A stretch of DNA of 64,000 nucleotides from Eledone cirrhosa (lineage: Eukaryota), in the NCBI GenBank assembly GCA_964016885.1, contig OZ024755.1, positions 35,526,001 to 35,590,000 on the forward strand, written 5' to 3'. The notes under the pieces were generated by a model. The model worked only from the letters and a program-made list of their open reading frames with translations, searched no databases and was not told the origin of the DNA. Positions 1 through 14,827 of this stretch are shown here, in pieces. Every line of letters begins with the position of its first letter. Within the stretch, counting starts at the first letter, position 1. The translations under genes and the position numbers were made by a program.

Positions 1-505
1 CTGAGGATGTTGGCTATTGACATTCTGAAGTATTAAATACTAAATACTATATATCTTGTTTACAAAGGTAATTAAACAGTAATTCTACTAACATCATTAC
101 CACAGTGATGCAGGCCCTGATGGAATGGGAGTTAGCTTTGCCTTTCATCCTTACGGGGTCTATAAAATAAAGTACCGGTAATGCACTGGGAGGCCATATA
201 TTTGACTTTCCCCTTCTCCAAAATGTTTGGCCTTGTCTCTAAATCAGAAACCATGTGCAGTGTGTATATTGATATTATACGCAAGTATATACACATTTAG
301 ATATGATACATCAAATAAAATCGTAATTGACAATATGCACACAAATTGAAGAGAGACTGTGTTACACTGTCTTCTGTAATCAGTAAAGTCATCCATGATA
401 CATTTAAAAAAGATGATATTATATATAACTTCCATTACGGTGAAATGTAATGAAAACAAAAAAGGAGAAAATTAGTGACAGAAATATAAACATTATAAAA
501 TGAAT

Positions 506-697
506 GGCGGTGGATTGGCAGTATCGGTAGAGGGTCGGACGCCATGCTTTGACGCATAGAGTTACGGACCTTGCCATTCTGAGTTCAAATCCCGCCGAGG
601 TTAACTTTGCCTTTCATCCTTACGGGGTCGATAAAATAAAGTACCAGTAATACACTGGGATAATTGCTGGCCATGTGCCAAATGTAGAAACAATTAT
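506..697 (+). mobile_element. SINE family A (tRNA-derived head; central GCCTTTCATCCTTACGGGGTCGATAAA block)
   Basis: A-box-like TGGCAGTATCGG and B-box GAGTTCAAATCC; more than 20 copies in the window, including 772-960. Confidence 0.85.
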
Positions 698-1919
698 TTA
701 TTCAAAGTAATCCAACTTATTTTACTAACGGGATAAAAAAATATATTCAGGACACAGTCCCACATTCCTCCCCGGTGAATTGGCAGTATCGGTAGAGGGT
801 AGGATATGCTTTCCAGCATAGTTACGTCCCTTTACGATCTGAGTTCAATTCCCGCCGAGGTTTACTTTGCCTTTCATCCTTACGAGGTCGATAAAATAAA
901 GTACCAGTAATGTACTGGGATAATTGCTGGCCTTGTGCCAAAAGTAGAAACAATTATTATGATCATAATCATTTCACATTTGTTTTTCCATGCTTGCATG
1001 GGTTGGACAGGTCCTACCCAGCACAGCCTCCCTCCACTTGTAAGATTCTTCTCTCATCTCCTCTCTGTGATTCAGTGTTTCGAGATCAGTTTTTTTGGCA
1101 ATACTAATTTGTAAGGGTACAAATAAAACCTACTGTAGTTGTTGTTGTTTAGCTCCAGGTCAGACCGGATAGAGCTGGCTGATGATCAAAATATTCCACT
1201 TATGTCAGTCTATGACTTGATGGTCATGGTTGGATGTAGCCCTGCATATCATAGGGGGCAAATTGGCAGAGTCGTTAGAATGTTGGATAGAATGCTTTAT
1301 AGTTCCAGCTCTTTACTCTGTGAGTTTAAATCCCGCTGAGGTCAACTTTGCCTTTCATCATTTCGAGGTTGATAACAAAGGTACCAGTCTAGTACTGGGG
1401 TGGATTCTTCCTCTATATCTCTCTCTCTCTCACTTTCTATCTTTCTCTGGAAGATATCTGCTGTACTCAGGCCTGAAGAGGGTTGGGCTCTGCCAGGCTT
1501 AAAACGTCCAAGAAACGTTGTATGTCAATACAGCGCCGCTACGACTCTATCAGGAGTTACGGGACCATACATACATATCATAGATCACATTATCCAATCT
1601 ATCATTTGTTATTTAAGATGGTAAAGTACAATGGATCACAACACAATACTAAGATCAATACACAAAATTACAAACAATACTAATGGCACAAAAAGCATAC
1701 ACAAGTCATAAACACATGATTTATGATGTTTATGTTTAAAGTTTATGTTTATGTTTAAAGTTTCAAATTCCGCTAAGAAAACCAATACAATGCTGGCAAA
1801 GCAAGAACTACATAAAGTTCATCTGCCAACAACAAAAGAGGGAGTAAAAATATGCCAACAACATTCTACTTCCTGGTAATAAGACAGTGAAAGTCTTGAA
1901 ATGTCAAATTATGTATTAA

Positions 1920-2142
1920 CCCTTTAGCATTTAAACCGACGATATCCGGCCAAAATTCTCTCACCTCTTTCTGTCCAAACCAGTTGCAACTCGCCACTCA
2001 TACTGAAGTTAAAGTATTGTTCTCAAAATAAATAACATCAAACTCTCATAGATTCAATATTATGTGAGATAATTATGTAAGAAATAAAGTCATTACCACA
2101 AAAATACAATAGTAAATATAGAGTAATGTAAATGCTAAAGAG
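1920..2142 (+). mobile_element. piggyBac-type MITE (TTAA|CCCTTTAGCATTTA ... TAAATGCTAAAG(A/G)G|TTAA)
   Basis: Terminal inverted repeats with TTAA on both sides; many copies in the window. Confidence 0.8.
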
Positions 2143-2618
2143 TTAAGGAATTTTGTTTTTCCAAATGATCTGTAAAGGACTCACAATAAAATATGAGAAA
2201 AATCTAATAAAAAATACAAATTTAACTAGAAAATAAGTTTAAATATTTGGAAGGTGTGTGAAATTATAAGTGCCAAGGTAATAGGAATTAGAGAAAATAG
2301 GATAAAAAAACAGAGAAAAAAATGAGAATGGTAGAATTTTACCTTAGCAATTTTATTGATCCCAAATACTTTCAGATTTACCATCAATTATGCTTTTATG
2401 TGAATTAGATATTTAGAGTTAAAAGTGTGTATTAATACTGACCTATGTTTATTTTTGACATAACAAACAGAATGTTTATGTTAAGAATGAAAGGTCAAAG
2501 TTTCAGCTCAAAATATTTCATTCATAATCACGCATAAGACAACTCTGAGCCTTAGTTGGTGACAATCAGCTGGACACTAAGATCAATTTGCTTAACAGAC
2601 ATATATCTAACTATCTAT

Positions 2619-2875
2619 CTAGAGTGGGTAAAATTCCCGAGATCCATGGACGAGTTCTCTCCAGCGGTCTCTGTCCCTCATCATTGCCACCATGTCTTGC
2701 GTCTCCAACAGACCAGTGTCTGTCCTTAGGGCATCAACATATGTCAACCTCGGTCTCCCTCTTCTAGTGGGTCCACATAGGGGCTCCCACAAGAGCACTG
2801 AGTGCAGTTTCAACGCAGAATGCCGGTGAGCATGTCCAGCTAACCTCAGTCTCCTCTGCGTCACTTTCAAGCTGA
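2619..2875 (-). mobile_element. RTE-clade LINE 3' fragment
   Basis: RRLRLAGHAHRH...RRGRPRLTYVD...MRDRDRWR, the C-terminal signature of RTE ORFs. Confidence 0.8.
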
Positions 2876-2939
2876 CTTTTGTGAGGCTCCCATACAGCTC
2901 TGAGTTCTTCCTCCTCAGTGTATACTGATATATATATAT

Positions 2940-4290
2940 ATGCTACAGGTCGCCATGCTACTAGACTTCCTAGCAGCCAGGTCGAACCGTGCCTTGAAAC
3001 AACTATGCCTGTAAGAAACTTGACACCACCTGTACCATCTAAGTCTATCTCGAATGCTGGGGAAAACACAATCGATAATAATAATAATCGAAGAAATAAT
3101 AATAATAATCGAAGAAATTTGACACCACGTGTACCATCCGAGTCTACCTCGACTGTTGTGGAAAATACTATCGATAATGATAATCAAAAGTATAAACAAT
3201 TGAAAATTTCCCTCAACAAAATTTTCCAGAGAGAAATTAATTCATGTATAAATATCTCTCTTGCTGAACGTTTTAAAACAACAATATTTAATAAGAAACC
3301 AAATAATGAAATATTACGTGTTATTGACGAAATAGGGGATGAATATTTATGATGGATAAAAACCCCAACATTTTGGCAAATCAACGCCTGTTTATATGCC
3401 TCAGCAACGACAGTGAAGCATTATCTTGGTGATAGCAGAGATATTAACAAGAACAAAACACCACCAAATATACCATCATATATAACTAAAATAGAAAAAA
3501 AGATTGCTGACCTACGAAAAACCATAGGATATGTGACAATGCTCCTTACATGCAAACAAACCTCACTTCTCACCAACAAAGAGTGAAAAATAAAATAGAG
3601 ACGATGTTTGGTAACAGTAGAACCAGAACTCTTCAATAAAAGCTGATCATCCTCAAACAAGAATTGAGAGCTGTTAGCGAAAAATGCCAATACCTGAAGA
3701 AGGTAGATGAAAGAAAAGTGCTTAATAAAAGATTCAGACGAAACCAAACATCAGTCTATAGAGATATGAAGGGCAAAATAATAAGTGTCACTGAGGCCCC
3801 ATCCCAGAAAGACATAGATTTCCTTTGGAGAAAAATATAGGGTGAAAAGAAGAATCTCAACCAAGATACAGTGTGGCTAAAAGAAATCCGAAAGAACTAT
3901 TGCTCCTACACTACAACACAAACATACAAAATAAGTGAGAAAACACCAGGAAGAGACATGATTGTCGGCTACTGGTACAAAAAACTGATATTCTATCAGC
4001 GATATCTTACTGACCTCTACCAACAAGTTCTTAAGGGAGATACACTTATACCAGAATGGTTGACATTAACACAAACATTACTGGTCCCCAAGAACAAAGA
4101 CACCCACCTGGCAAAAAACTACCGATCCATTGCATGCCAGAACCTGGTGTATAAGATGTATACAGCCTGCCTGAACCTATTCCTCCAAGATGACTGTGAA
4201 AATAATAACATCATCACAGAAGAACAAGCAGCTGGAAAGAAAAGGGTTTGGGGATGTGCTGAACAACTCCTAATCAACAAAACTGCACCA
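2940..4290 (+). mobile_element. Decayed R4/Dong-like non-LTR retrotransposon (N-terminus and start of RT)
   Basis: KTPGRDMIVGYWYKKL...IPEWLTLTQTLLVPK...NYRSIACQNLVYK...EEQAAGKKRVWGCAEQLLINK corresponds to RT domains 0-2 in the style of the R4 clade. Frameshifted and truncated by a SINE. Confidence 0.7.
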
Positions 4291-4329
4291 GCACTAGGGT
4301 AGTTGTTATGTCTCTGACACAAAAGAAAA

Positions 4330-4610
4330 GTGTTGGGCTTGCAATTGAAAGGTTATGAGTTCAATTCTCAGACCAGGTGATGCATTGTGTCCTTGAGCAA
4401 GACACTTTATTTCACATTGTTCAGCTGTAGAAATGAGTTGTGATGTCACAGGTGCCAACCTATATTGACCATTACCTTTCCCTTGGACAACATTGGTGGC
4501 GTGGAGAGAGGAGACTGGTATATATCGATCTTGGCCAGGCTTGTGCCTTGGAGGGAAACTTTCAAGGTGCAAAACCATGATTATTTGTGACCGATGGGGG
4601 CTTTAGCCTT
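4330..4610 (+). mobile_element. SINE family B (tRNA head plus CORE-like block)
   Basis: GAGTTCAATTC B-box followed by gtgtccttgagcaagacactttatttcacattg. Confidence 0.7.
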
Positions 4611-5344
4611 AGAGTAATAGTATAGCAGTAGTAGTGGTGGTGGTAGTAGTAGCAAAATTAGTAGTAATAGTATCAGTATTATTATTCTTACATAAAATGT
4701 ATTATGATAAATATAAAATTTTAGATAAATATAAACACTTTAAAATAAACAGTTTTGCATATAAGGGCCAAGGGTGTTTGGAACATAACTTAACAAAGGT
4801 TCTTACATAAAATTAAGATAGGAAGTTTTTAGATAAATATATGAACCTTTGTAAGAACCTTTGTTCAACACCACCTTAATAACAAGAACATTATATTGTA
4901 AAAATATATTATTTATATATAAAAAATATATTAAATAATATATATTATTACATATCATCATCATCATCATCATCACTGTTTTACGTCCGTTCTTGCATGG
5001 CTAGCATGGGTTAGACAGGTTGTCCTGTTGTGGGCAGTGTCTGGTCGGCTGACCATGACTTGCTCATACAGGAACTGATTCTGGCTTGATTTCTACAGCT
5101 GGATGCCCTTCCTAACACCAACCTCATTTACAGTGAGTGCTGGGTGCTTTTTTCTGTGGGGCCTACACGTCCACTTTGTGGGTGCTTTTTTGCCGTGGCA
5201 CCTCCACGACCACCTTGTGGTGGGGGGTGTGGGGGCATATTGTCTATATGCTTCAGCCTGTACCCATGGGAGGTCGGGTACTCTGTATTACTGCATCACG
5301 GTCGTGTGTCATTGCCTCTGAGAGGTGTAATTGGGTAAGGTCGG

Positions 5345-5880
<536 letters not shown>

Positions 5881-6619
5881 GGTAGGAAGTTTCCAGATAA
5901 ATATAAACACTTTAAAATAAACAGTTTTTCATCATAGAACCAGAGGTCGGCTATATATATATATATATAATAATATATAAACATATATTATTATATATAT
6001 ATATATTTTCACATTGATGATAACTACAGGGGAAGCTGTGTTATATAAACTACCGCCCCTCTATAAATAAAGACATTTATTTACTAAAACAATCAACAAC
6101 ACACTTAATATAGATAAACCAGTAAGTTAAAGAAATAAAAAATAAACACCATAAGGCTATGTTACAATAACATACCACTTCAATATCAGACAATGCCTCC
6201 ACAGGCTGTTGTATCATCATCATCATCACCACAACATTACATACTATTATTTTGGGGAAGGGGAGGGGCTTTTGTTTTTATATATTTTCAACATTATAAC
6301 AAATTGGTTTTAACCCTTTAGATAACAAGCCGCTTGAAACTGCCTCTGGACATAAGATGCAAAACTGTTTATTTTAAAGTGTTTATATTTATCTAAAAAC
6401 TTCCTATCATAATTTTATGTAAGAACCGTTGTTAAGTTATGTTCCAAACAGCTCTGGTTCTATGATGAAAAACTGTTTATTTTAAAGTTTATATTTATCT
6501 GGAAACTTCCTATCATAATTTTATTTAAGAACCTTTGTTAAGTTATGTTCCAAACAGCTCTGGTTCTGTGATGAAAAACTTTATTTTAAAGTGTTTATAT
6601 TTATCTAAAAACTTCCTAT

Positions 6620-6982
6620 CATCATCATCATCATCATCATCACTCGTCGACTACTGTCGAGATGATGGATCTCACTCTCATGCCCCAGAATCCCCTGTCC
6701 CCCATCGCTGCCCCCAGGTGCTGTCTGCTGATTCCCGTATCCCTAGAGATAACGTCAGGGAATGACAGCTTCCTACTCCTAGTCAGGCTGGAGTCAGGGT
6801 TCCAGAGCAAGAGAGCGGATATGATTTCATTGCTGGCACGGTGACAGTGGCCAGCAAATTGAGCTCTCCAGGATTTTAGAAGGGCAGAGGCTCGAGGGAG
6901 TTTGCCATAGATTTTAGACAAGGTGGGATGTCGTTTCCAGGATAGGTTTTGCACTCTCATTAAGAGGCGGGTATATGTGCCT
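6620..6982 (-). mobile_element. RTE-clade LINE 3' fragment inserted into a MITE-like repeat
   Basis: RAQFAGHCHRA...LLW...DRGFW, (GAT)n tail, and cttcctatcat on both sides as a probable TSD. Confidence 0.75.
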
Positions 6983-8104
6983 TCCTATCATAATTTTATG
7001 TAAGAACCTTTGTCCAACACCAACTTAACAACAAGAACATTAATTATGTTGTAAAAATCCTGCAAAATACTTGATTATTTTCATAATTATTTGAAAATTA
7101 TAGGCAATGAATTTCATTAGCAATATGGTAAGAAAAAAAAACAAACAAACTAAAGAAAGTCATATATAAATCGAGGGAACTGTATATCTGAGATATCTCT
7201 AAAAAATGCTATTTATAAAATTGATTTGCTTATATTTATCTCCCACCAACCAGTCATAATTGTGTCCTTAATTCATATGTTTCAACATTTTCAATAAGTT
7301 TCCCCACCCCTGAAATCTCCAACCAATGTAGAGGAAAAAACATTAATAAGAAAAAGGGAGAAGAAAGGAAGACTAAACTATCTTATAGCAATATGACAAA
7401 CAGACAAGAACTAACAACGTGTTACTCTTAACTGCAAGGGATAGGAAACAGTGTATAGTTTGTATGAAGAAATATGATTAATTTACAATGATTTGTGGGA
7501 ACTGTTTAGGAAGAGGCTATTTTCCAATTCACTTGTCAAGAAACAGTCATTTATATAAAACCTGCCTGGTATATGCAGTAAGTTTACTAAAACCTTATGA
7601 AATTCTCTTTCATACACCAATTTCTCCTGTTGCCATTGCGATGTTTTGGCTAATATTTTCAGTCACTTACAAACTCTGCAACATATTGTCTCTAATCTGG
7701 TTTTCTCTACTGAAATTACCCACGAACCAAATGCTATCACAGTATGTAATTTTATTTCAATATATTACTGAAATATGTCTTTCTGCTGTCAATTTTCAGC
7801 TTGCTGTATGTCATTAGATTCAGTAGAGAAATCAAGAAAATACTGTTGCTACTGCCACATACTCAATCTTCTCTTAATGACTGTTAAAGCTCCTTAATGT
7901 ATTGCATGCAGTACACTAATGGTAGCAGCAGCATGTTTAAGTTGTTATACATGGAAGTGAGGTGAATGTATCTAACTCTATATAGTTGTCTGTTTTACTG
8001 CTAGATGTATCTATAGAACTGACTAAATATTCCTTATAGCATTAGCACAAGGACAGAAATTTGAGGGAAGTGGAAAATCAATTATAACTATCTCAGTACA
8101 TCAC

Positions 8105-8890
8105 TGTAGCGACACGTGGCCAAGTGGTAAGGGTGTTGGACTTACTATCATAAAGTTGTGGGTTCAAATCCTAGGCTGGCTTGTGTGTTCTTGAGCAAAA
8201 CACTTCATTCCATGTTGTTCCAGTATACTCAGTGGAGGCACATGGCCTACTGGCAAAGGTGTTGGACTTACTATCATAAAGTTGTGGGTTCAAATCCTAG
8301 GCTGGCTTGTGTGTTCTTGAGCAAATCACTTCATTTCATGTTGTTCCAGTATACTCAGTGGAGGCGCATGGCCTACTGGCAAAGGTGTTGGACTTACTAT
8401 CATAAAGTTGTGGGTTCAAATCCTAGGCTGGCTTGTGTGTTCTTGAGCAAATCACTTCATTTCATGTTGTTCCAGTATACTCAGTGGAGGCACATGGCCT
8501 ACTGGTAAAGGTGTTGGACTTATGATCATAAAGTTGTGGGTTCAAATCCTAGGCTGGCTTGTGTGTTCTTGAGCAAAACACTTCATTCCATGTTGTTCCA
8601 GAATACTCAGTGGAGGCACATGGCCTACTGGTAAAGGTGTTGGACTTATGATCATAAAGTTGTGGGTTCAAATCCTAGGCTGGCTTGTGTGTTCTTGAGC
8701 AAATCACTTCATTTCATGTTGCTCCAGTATACTCAGCTGAAAATGAGTACCAGTAATAGCTGGGGTTTTAACCCTGCAATGGACTGACGTCCTGCCCAGG
8801 GTAAACTCTTGTACTCTCAGTCGCTTCACGCCATGAAACCGGGGTAAGCACTAACCTTGCAAGCCTTTTGGCTTAAGAAAGACTTAGTAC
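8105..8890 (+). mobile_element. CORE-like SINE whose 123-bp tRNA/CORE head is repeated about 5 times in tandem
   Basis: Unit ggcacatggcctactggtaaaggtgttggac...GGTTCAAATCC...cttgagcaaa...tactcagtgga, then a single 3' body. Confidence 0.8.
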
Positions 8891-8994
8891 ATTACAGCTG
8901 CTTTCTTTTATTGATGAAGGATGAAAGGTAAACCTGATGATGGCCGTTGTAACTAAATACCAAAGCATTTTGTCTGACACTCTACCGCTCAAGG

Positions 8995-9930
8995 AAGTCT
9001 GTGCAGTGCACTCTACATGTGAATGGAGTTCCACTGAAGCATATGGAGAAGTTCAAGTATTTTGGGGCTGTGTTCACAAGTGATGGAAGGCAGGAGGTTG
9101 AATTAAATGCAAAAGTTGCAAGAGCCGGTGCAGTAATGTGCCAGCTTCGGCATTTAGTAATCAGAAGAAGGGAGGTAGGTGTATCTCCAATTCAATATTC
9201 GTGCCAGCCCTTAACTATGGTCATGAATCTTGGTTAATGACCAAAAGAATACAATTGTGAATACAAGCAGCCGAAATGGGGTTTCTTCAAATGGTCTTTG
9301 GAGTAACATTACTCAATAGAGTGCATAGCTTGGAGATCAGAGAGTCACTCCATGTAGAGCTGCTACTTCTCTGAATTGACAGATCACAGCTCTGATACTA
9401 TGAGCATGTGGTTAGAATGTCTCAGGAAAGAATCACTGGAGAGTCACTCTAGGTAGAGCTGGTACTTCTCCAAATTGAGAGATCACAGCTCTGATACAAT
9501 GGACATGTGGTTAGAATGTCTCAGGAAAGAATCACTGGAGAGTCACTCTAGGTAGAGCTGGTACTTCTCCAAATTGAGAGATCACAGCTCCGATACAATG
9601 GACATGTGGTTAGAATGTCTCAGGAAAGAATCACTGGAGAGTCACTCTAGGTGAAGCTGCTACTTCTCCAAATTGAGAGATCACAGCTCTGATACTATGG
9701 ACATGTGGTTAGGATGTCTCAGGAAAGAATCGCTGGACAGATTTTATGGGTAAAACCAATCAGAAGGAGATCCAGGGGTAGACCCAGAGCAAGATGGTTA
9801 GATAACATCTATGAACTTGGCTGGTCACACTTGGAGATCCAGCTGGATCAGTTGGAGTTGGTTGCTTCTGACAGGACCTGCTGGTAGGAGTGTTTGAGGA
9901 CTCTGCACCCTGTGACCCTCTCAGGAATAG
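8995..9930 (+). mobile_element. RTE (Expander/Rex3-like) LINE 3' fragment with internal about 99-bp tandem repeats
   Basis: LHVNGVPLKHMEKFKYFGAVFTSDG ... GHVVRMSQER ... RRSRGRPRARW. Confidence 0.75.
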
Positions 9931-10114
9931 GTTGGGGAGGGGGGGGAGAAGACTCTACCATCCTGCTAATCTATCACTGTTAATATTAAAATAGTTTAGG
10001 TCATAAGATATACATGGGTGTTGATCAGAGTATAGAGTCATTTTAGTAGGTAAGATGTTGAATACAATTTCAGGTATGTTGTGAGACAATATAATATAGT
10101 ATTAAGTGTGTCTT

Positions 10115-10945
10115 ATCCTAACATGTCAGCATTCCAGTGTCACAGACTAGATAACCCGTCCTAACATGTCAGCATTCCAGTGTCACAGACTAGATAACCC
10201 GTCCTAACATGTCAGCATTCCAGTGTCACAGACTAGATAACTCATCCTAACATGTCAGCATTCCAGTGTCACAGACTAGATAACTCATCCTAACATGTCA
10301 GCATTCCAGTGTCACAGACTAGATAACCCATCCTAACATGTCAGCATTCCAGTGTCACAGACTAGATAACTCATCCTAACATGTCAGCATTCCAGTGTCA
10401 CAGACTAGATAACCCATCCTAACATGTCAGCATTCCAGTGTCACAGACTAGATAACCCATCCTAACATGTCAGCATTCCAGTGTCACAGACTAGATAACT
10501 CATCCTAACATGTCAGCATTCCAGTGTCACAGACTAGATAACCCGTCCTAACATGTCAGCATTCCAGTGTCACAGACTAGATAACTCATCCTAACATGTC
10601 AGCATTCCAGTGTCACAGACTAGATAACTCATCCTAACATGTCAGCATTCCAGTGTCACAGACTAGATAACCCATCCTAACATGTCAGCATTCCAGTGTC
10701 ACAGACTAGATAACTCATCCTAACATGTCAGCATTCCAGTGTCACAGACTAGATAACTCATCCTAACATGTCAGCATTCCAGTGTCACAGACTAGATAAC
10801 CCATCCTAACATGTCAGCATTCCAGTGTCACAGACTAGATAACTCATCCTAACATGTCAGCATTCCAGTGTCACAGACTAGATAACTCATCCTAACATGT
10901 CAGCATTCCTGTGTCACAGACAAGATAATTCGTCCTAACATGTCT
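10115..10945. repeat. 43-bp minisatellite, about 19 copies
   Basis: Unit cctaacatgtcagcattccagtgtcacagactagataac(c/t)c(a/g)t, with no unique spacers. Confidence 0.97.
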
Positions 10946-12467
10946 GAACTCTTTTCCCAACAGTTCATAACTTCAAAGCTAGATGGGATTACTAGTTTAT
11001 TGATGTGATGTTTGTCACTCATTCAGATATGTGTTGTTAATAAATGTTTGTTTTAAAAAAAGTCATTTTACTGAAAAAAAAACCCAGCACAGCAACTGTA
11101 GCTGTTTAAAATATACGCAGCAGTCAACAGGTTAAACTGAGAACAAAGAATTAAATGAGTAAAAAAAGGTACTGTATTTCCCGGCGCCGAGGATGCATAA
11201 ACAAACAAGTAATAGCAATATTTAGCACCTATTCAATGTACTAAAATTCATTTAACAATTAATGAATGGACCAGAATTTTATGTTGTTATCAGTTTAATT
11301 AAAGTTTAATTAGGATAATGTTTCAAAATTGACAGATGGATTCAGTATAGATTAGTGGTTTATAATTATAATACATGAAGCAGAGCTGTGATTTCATTTT
11401 ACAAATGATACTGATTTAGGGAGAATGTTCCTTACTTCATATATAATCTAATGATTAACTGAACATTGAATATACCAGGAAGACGTGAAGCTAGTATCAT
11501 TGTTGTTTATAATTGGAAGAAGTTATAGAAACTTCCGGTACCTACTTCCTTAGGGCAGAGACTCATGCACTAGCACAAAAAGAACAAGCCTATGAATAAT
11601 ACATGATGAATCAAAAATCAAAGATCTTATTGATAACTTCGCCTACTTTCTAATAGCACATATTAACAATTAGAACATTTAAAGCATAACCACTTGACAA
11701 GAGATGTGTATTGTATCTAGAAGACAATCAGTTCACTTTTATCGCAAAATCAAACTGCGTAAAGGATAGGCAAGCCATTCCTTGAATAAATACTTGCGTA
11801 TTTCTGCCAGTGTTGTCGCCACACTGTCTGAGCAATTTCTTCAATATCTGTTGTAGATTTATGCAAGAGAAAACAAGTAAACGTTTGTATGCTTCATTAC
11901 ATCGTTTCCGTTGCACAGTGAAAGCCTTTCTCTTACACTAAGTCTCCAGCTGATAAAAGGTATCAGAGAAATGATATCAGTGAAGGAATGCAGAATATAG
12001 AAGGAATTAAAACAGTGCGATATAATGAAAACTAAAACAAAGAAAAGCAGCCATTTATAATATTGAGAAGTTTGTTTAAGTAGGAGGTAGAGAAAATAGA
12101 AAAATTACAACAAACCTGCAAATAATGAATCAAGCAATAGGATTATTAACTAACAAATATTTTAATTTCCCCTTGATTAAGATAGTAATATAAATTACTA
12201 ACTGAATGTTGTTGTTATTGTTGGAGCTGTGTTGTTTTTGATGACAAGTATTCCAGTTGTTTGAACAATAGAACAGCCTACTCATAGAATTAACATGTAA
12301 GTGGCTGATCATTCCACAGAGATATGTGCCCTTAATGTAATTCTCAGGGAGATTCAAAGTGTCACAGTGTGTGACTAAGTTTATGATGGTAAGGTTGTCA
12401 CTGCCATTTCTAACAGCACATTGTGTCCTTCAACAAGAGTAACTGAGTGCATTATAATTAATTGTAG

Positions 12468-12855
12468 AGAAGCTCTCTACATTCCAGAACCACATCATGA
12501 GACTTATGACTGGCAAGCGGCTCAGTGACCGTATCTGTATCAGTGAGCTGCTCAATATTACCAAACTTAGACCAATTACATCAATTGTCAAGTCAAGAGT
12601 ACTCAAACTATACGGTCATATAAAAAGATCAACTTGTGGTGTGAGTAGGTTACGTCTGGAAGGAAGGTTGGCTGGTAAGAGAAGCAGAGGCTGGTAAGAG
12701 AAGCAGAGGCTGGCAGCCAAAATGATGGCTTGACAATATCAACTTATGGACTGGACTTGATTTTTGCTCTTTAAACTCTGCTGTTGGTTATCGAACTTTG
12801 TGGAGAAAAATATCTCATGTTGATGTACAGTCTGCAACTGGAGTTTATCATCAAA
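12468..12855 (+). mobile_element. RTE-like LINE 3' fragment
   Basis: KLYGHIKRS...LEGRLAGKRSRG; a longer copy lies at 59600-60345. Confidence 0.75.
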
Positions 12856-13099
12856 GTAGTATAGAGCTAGTAAGCCATGACAAACTAGGGAAAGTATCAA
12901 GTACTTCTTACAGTTGGTAATCAAAAAGAGAAAACGGGAAAAAGGGAAAACATTAAATAAAAACAAAAAAGAAAATAGGAAACAGGGGAAGCTGTAGAAC
13001 AGAAGGTTCTGTTGTTGAATTCCATATCTTCCATGTACTCAAAGATTTTGGTTATATTTGGCAGACCAATAATATACTGGTATTTATACTTTCTACTTT

Positions 13100-13908
13100 A
13101 AGGACTACGCAGCACCTCCTGATATGCCCCCTGCTGGAACACCCCTGCACAGAGTTTAATGAGAAAGGACAGCAATGTGTTTAGCTGTGGTGGCCCCATA
13201 TCTAGCCAAGCTTTGTAACTGACACTTTTGTTGACACATCAAGAAGAAGAACTGTACATTGGATAATATAGTCCTAGATACACTATGTCTGATAGCCACT
13301 AATACTGTACTGTACGTGCAAAAATCAATCTTGCAAAATGAGGATATTTAAAGGTTGTGTGTGACTGCGTCATCGAACCACAGACTACGCAGCACCTCCT
13401 GATATGTCCCCTGCTGGAACACTCCTACACAGCATTGGACTTGGCAGAGTTTAATGAGAAAGGACAGCAATGTGTTCAGCTGTGGTGAAACCACATCTGG
13501 CCAAACTCTGTAACTGACACTCTTGTGGACACAAGGACAACAATGTGTTCAGCTGTGGTAGAACCACCTCTAGCCAAACTTTGTAACTGACACTCTTGTG
13601 GACACAAGGACAGCAATGTGTTCAGCTGTGGTGGAACCACATCTGGCCAAGCTCTGTAACTGACACTCTTGTGGACACAAGGACAGCAATGTGTTCAGCT
13701 GTGGTAGAACCACATCTAGCCAAGCTCTGTAACTGACACTCTTGTGGACACAAGGACAGCAATGTGTTCAGCTGTGGTGGAACCACATCTAGCCAAGCTC
13801 TGTAACTGACACTCTTGTGGACACAAGGACAACAATGTGTTCAGCTGTGGTGGAACCACATCTAGCCAAGCTCTGTAACTGACACTCTTGTGGGCACGAC
13901 AAGAAGAC
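13100..13908 (+). mobile_element. Vingi/Ingi-like LINE 3' ends with a 73-bp tandem array
   Basis: VCDCVIEPQTTQHLLICPLLEH (CCHC knuckle) followed by about 6 copies of the terminal 73 bp, ending acgacaagaaga. Clade assignment is from memory. Confidence 0.6.
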
Positions 13909-14139
13909 TTTAGGGAAAACATAGACAGTGGATATGTCAGAAGGATTGTGATTTCAGGTAGATGGGATACCAAGATAAACGATATAACACCCGTGATGGA
14001 CTAATTTGCAGTATGGTGTCCAGCTTACAAATATTTGGAACAATAAATCTGAGTAGTACCAAATAATTTGGGTAGCTGTTTATGAGACATTGATCAGAGA
14101 TGATGACCACCACAGCAACAACAACAACAACATAATAAT

Positions 14140-14535
14140 GGTTTCTGATTTAGTCACAAGTCCAACAACTTTTTGGGAAGGGGAAAGTCGATTATATCAA
14201 CTCCAGTGCATTACTGGTACTTTATTCTTTATTTTATCGACCCCCGTAAGGATGACAGGCAAAGCCAACCTTGACACAATCCGAACTCAGAACGCAACGG
14301 GCCGTAACTCTATGCCACTAAGAATGTTGTCCGACGCTCTACTGATTCTGCCAATATTACTGTTTCTACATTAGACACAAGGCCAACAATTTGAAGGGGG
14401 AGGGGTAAGTCGATTTTATCCACCCCATAAGGATGAAAGGCAAAGCTAAGCTCGACGGAATTTGAACTCAGAACGTAAAGGGTCGTAACTCTATGCCGCT
14501 AAGCATGTTGTCCGACGCTCTACCGATTCTGCCAA
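14140..14535 (-). mobile_element. Two tandem SINE family A copies
   Basis: Reverse-complement family A bodies (ggatttgaactcag, ttttatcgacccc). Confidence 0.8.
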
Positions 14536-14827
14536 TACAATAACAAGTCCCTATTTGGCTTCCTGCCATACACAACAACTTCACAACCCTACAACCAATA
14601 TATTATATTAGATATTTACAAAATATCAGAAATAAAAGAAATTTTGTAAACTTCCAAACAAGCAACTAATCATGATCTTTCATGCTAGCATGGGTGAGAC
14701 GGGTTTGTCCCATATACATATATATATATCCATATACACATATATATATATATACATATATATCCATATACATATATATATATATATCCATATACATATA
14801 TATACATGTATATAGGAAAAAGTTTAA

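Noticed and set aside
506-600. tRNA-like heads with A and B boxes
   Set aside because: They are SINE heads; no intact cloverleaf could be drawn.
1469-1512. Hammerhead-like CTGAAGA...AAAA-CG-TC
   Set aside because: GAAA reads AAAA and stem I does not pair; at best a decayed copy.
7671-7709. 39-nt AG...GTAAGT-bounded segment on the minus strand
   Set aside because: Short pyrimidine tract and no recognisable peptide; cannot be supported without RNA data.
10115-10945. Regular 43-bp array resembling CRISPR
   Set aside because: No unique spacers, no cas genes, and eukaryotic context; it is a minisatellite.
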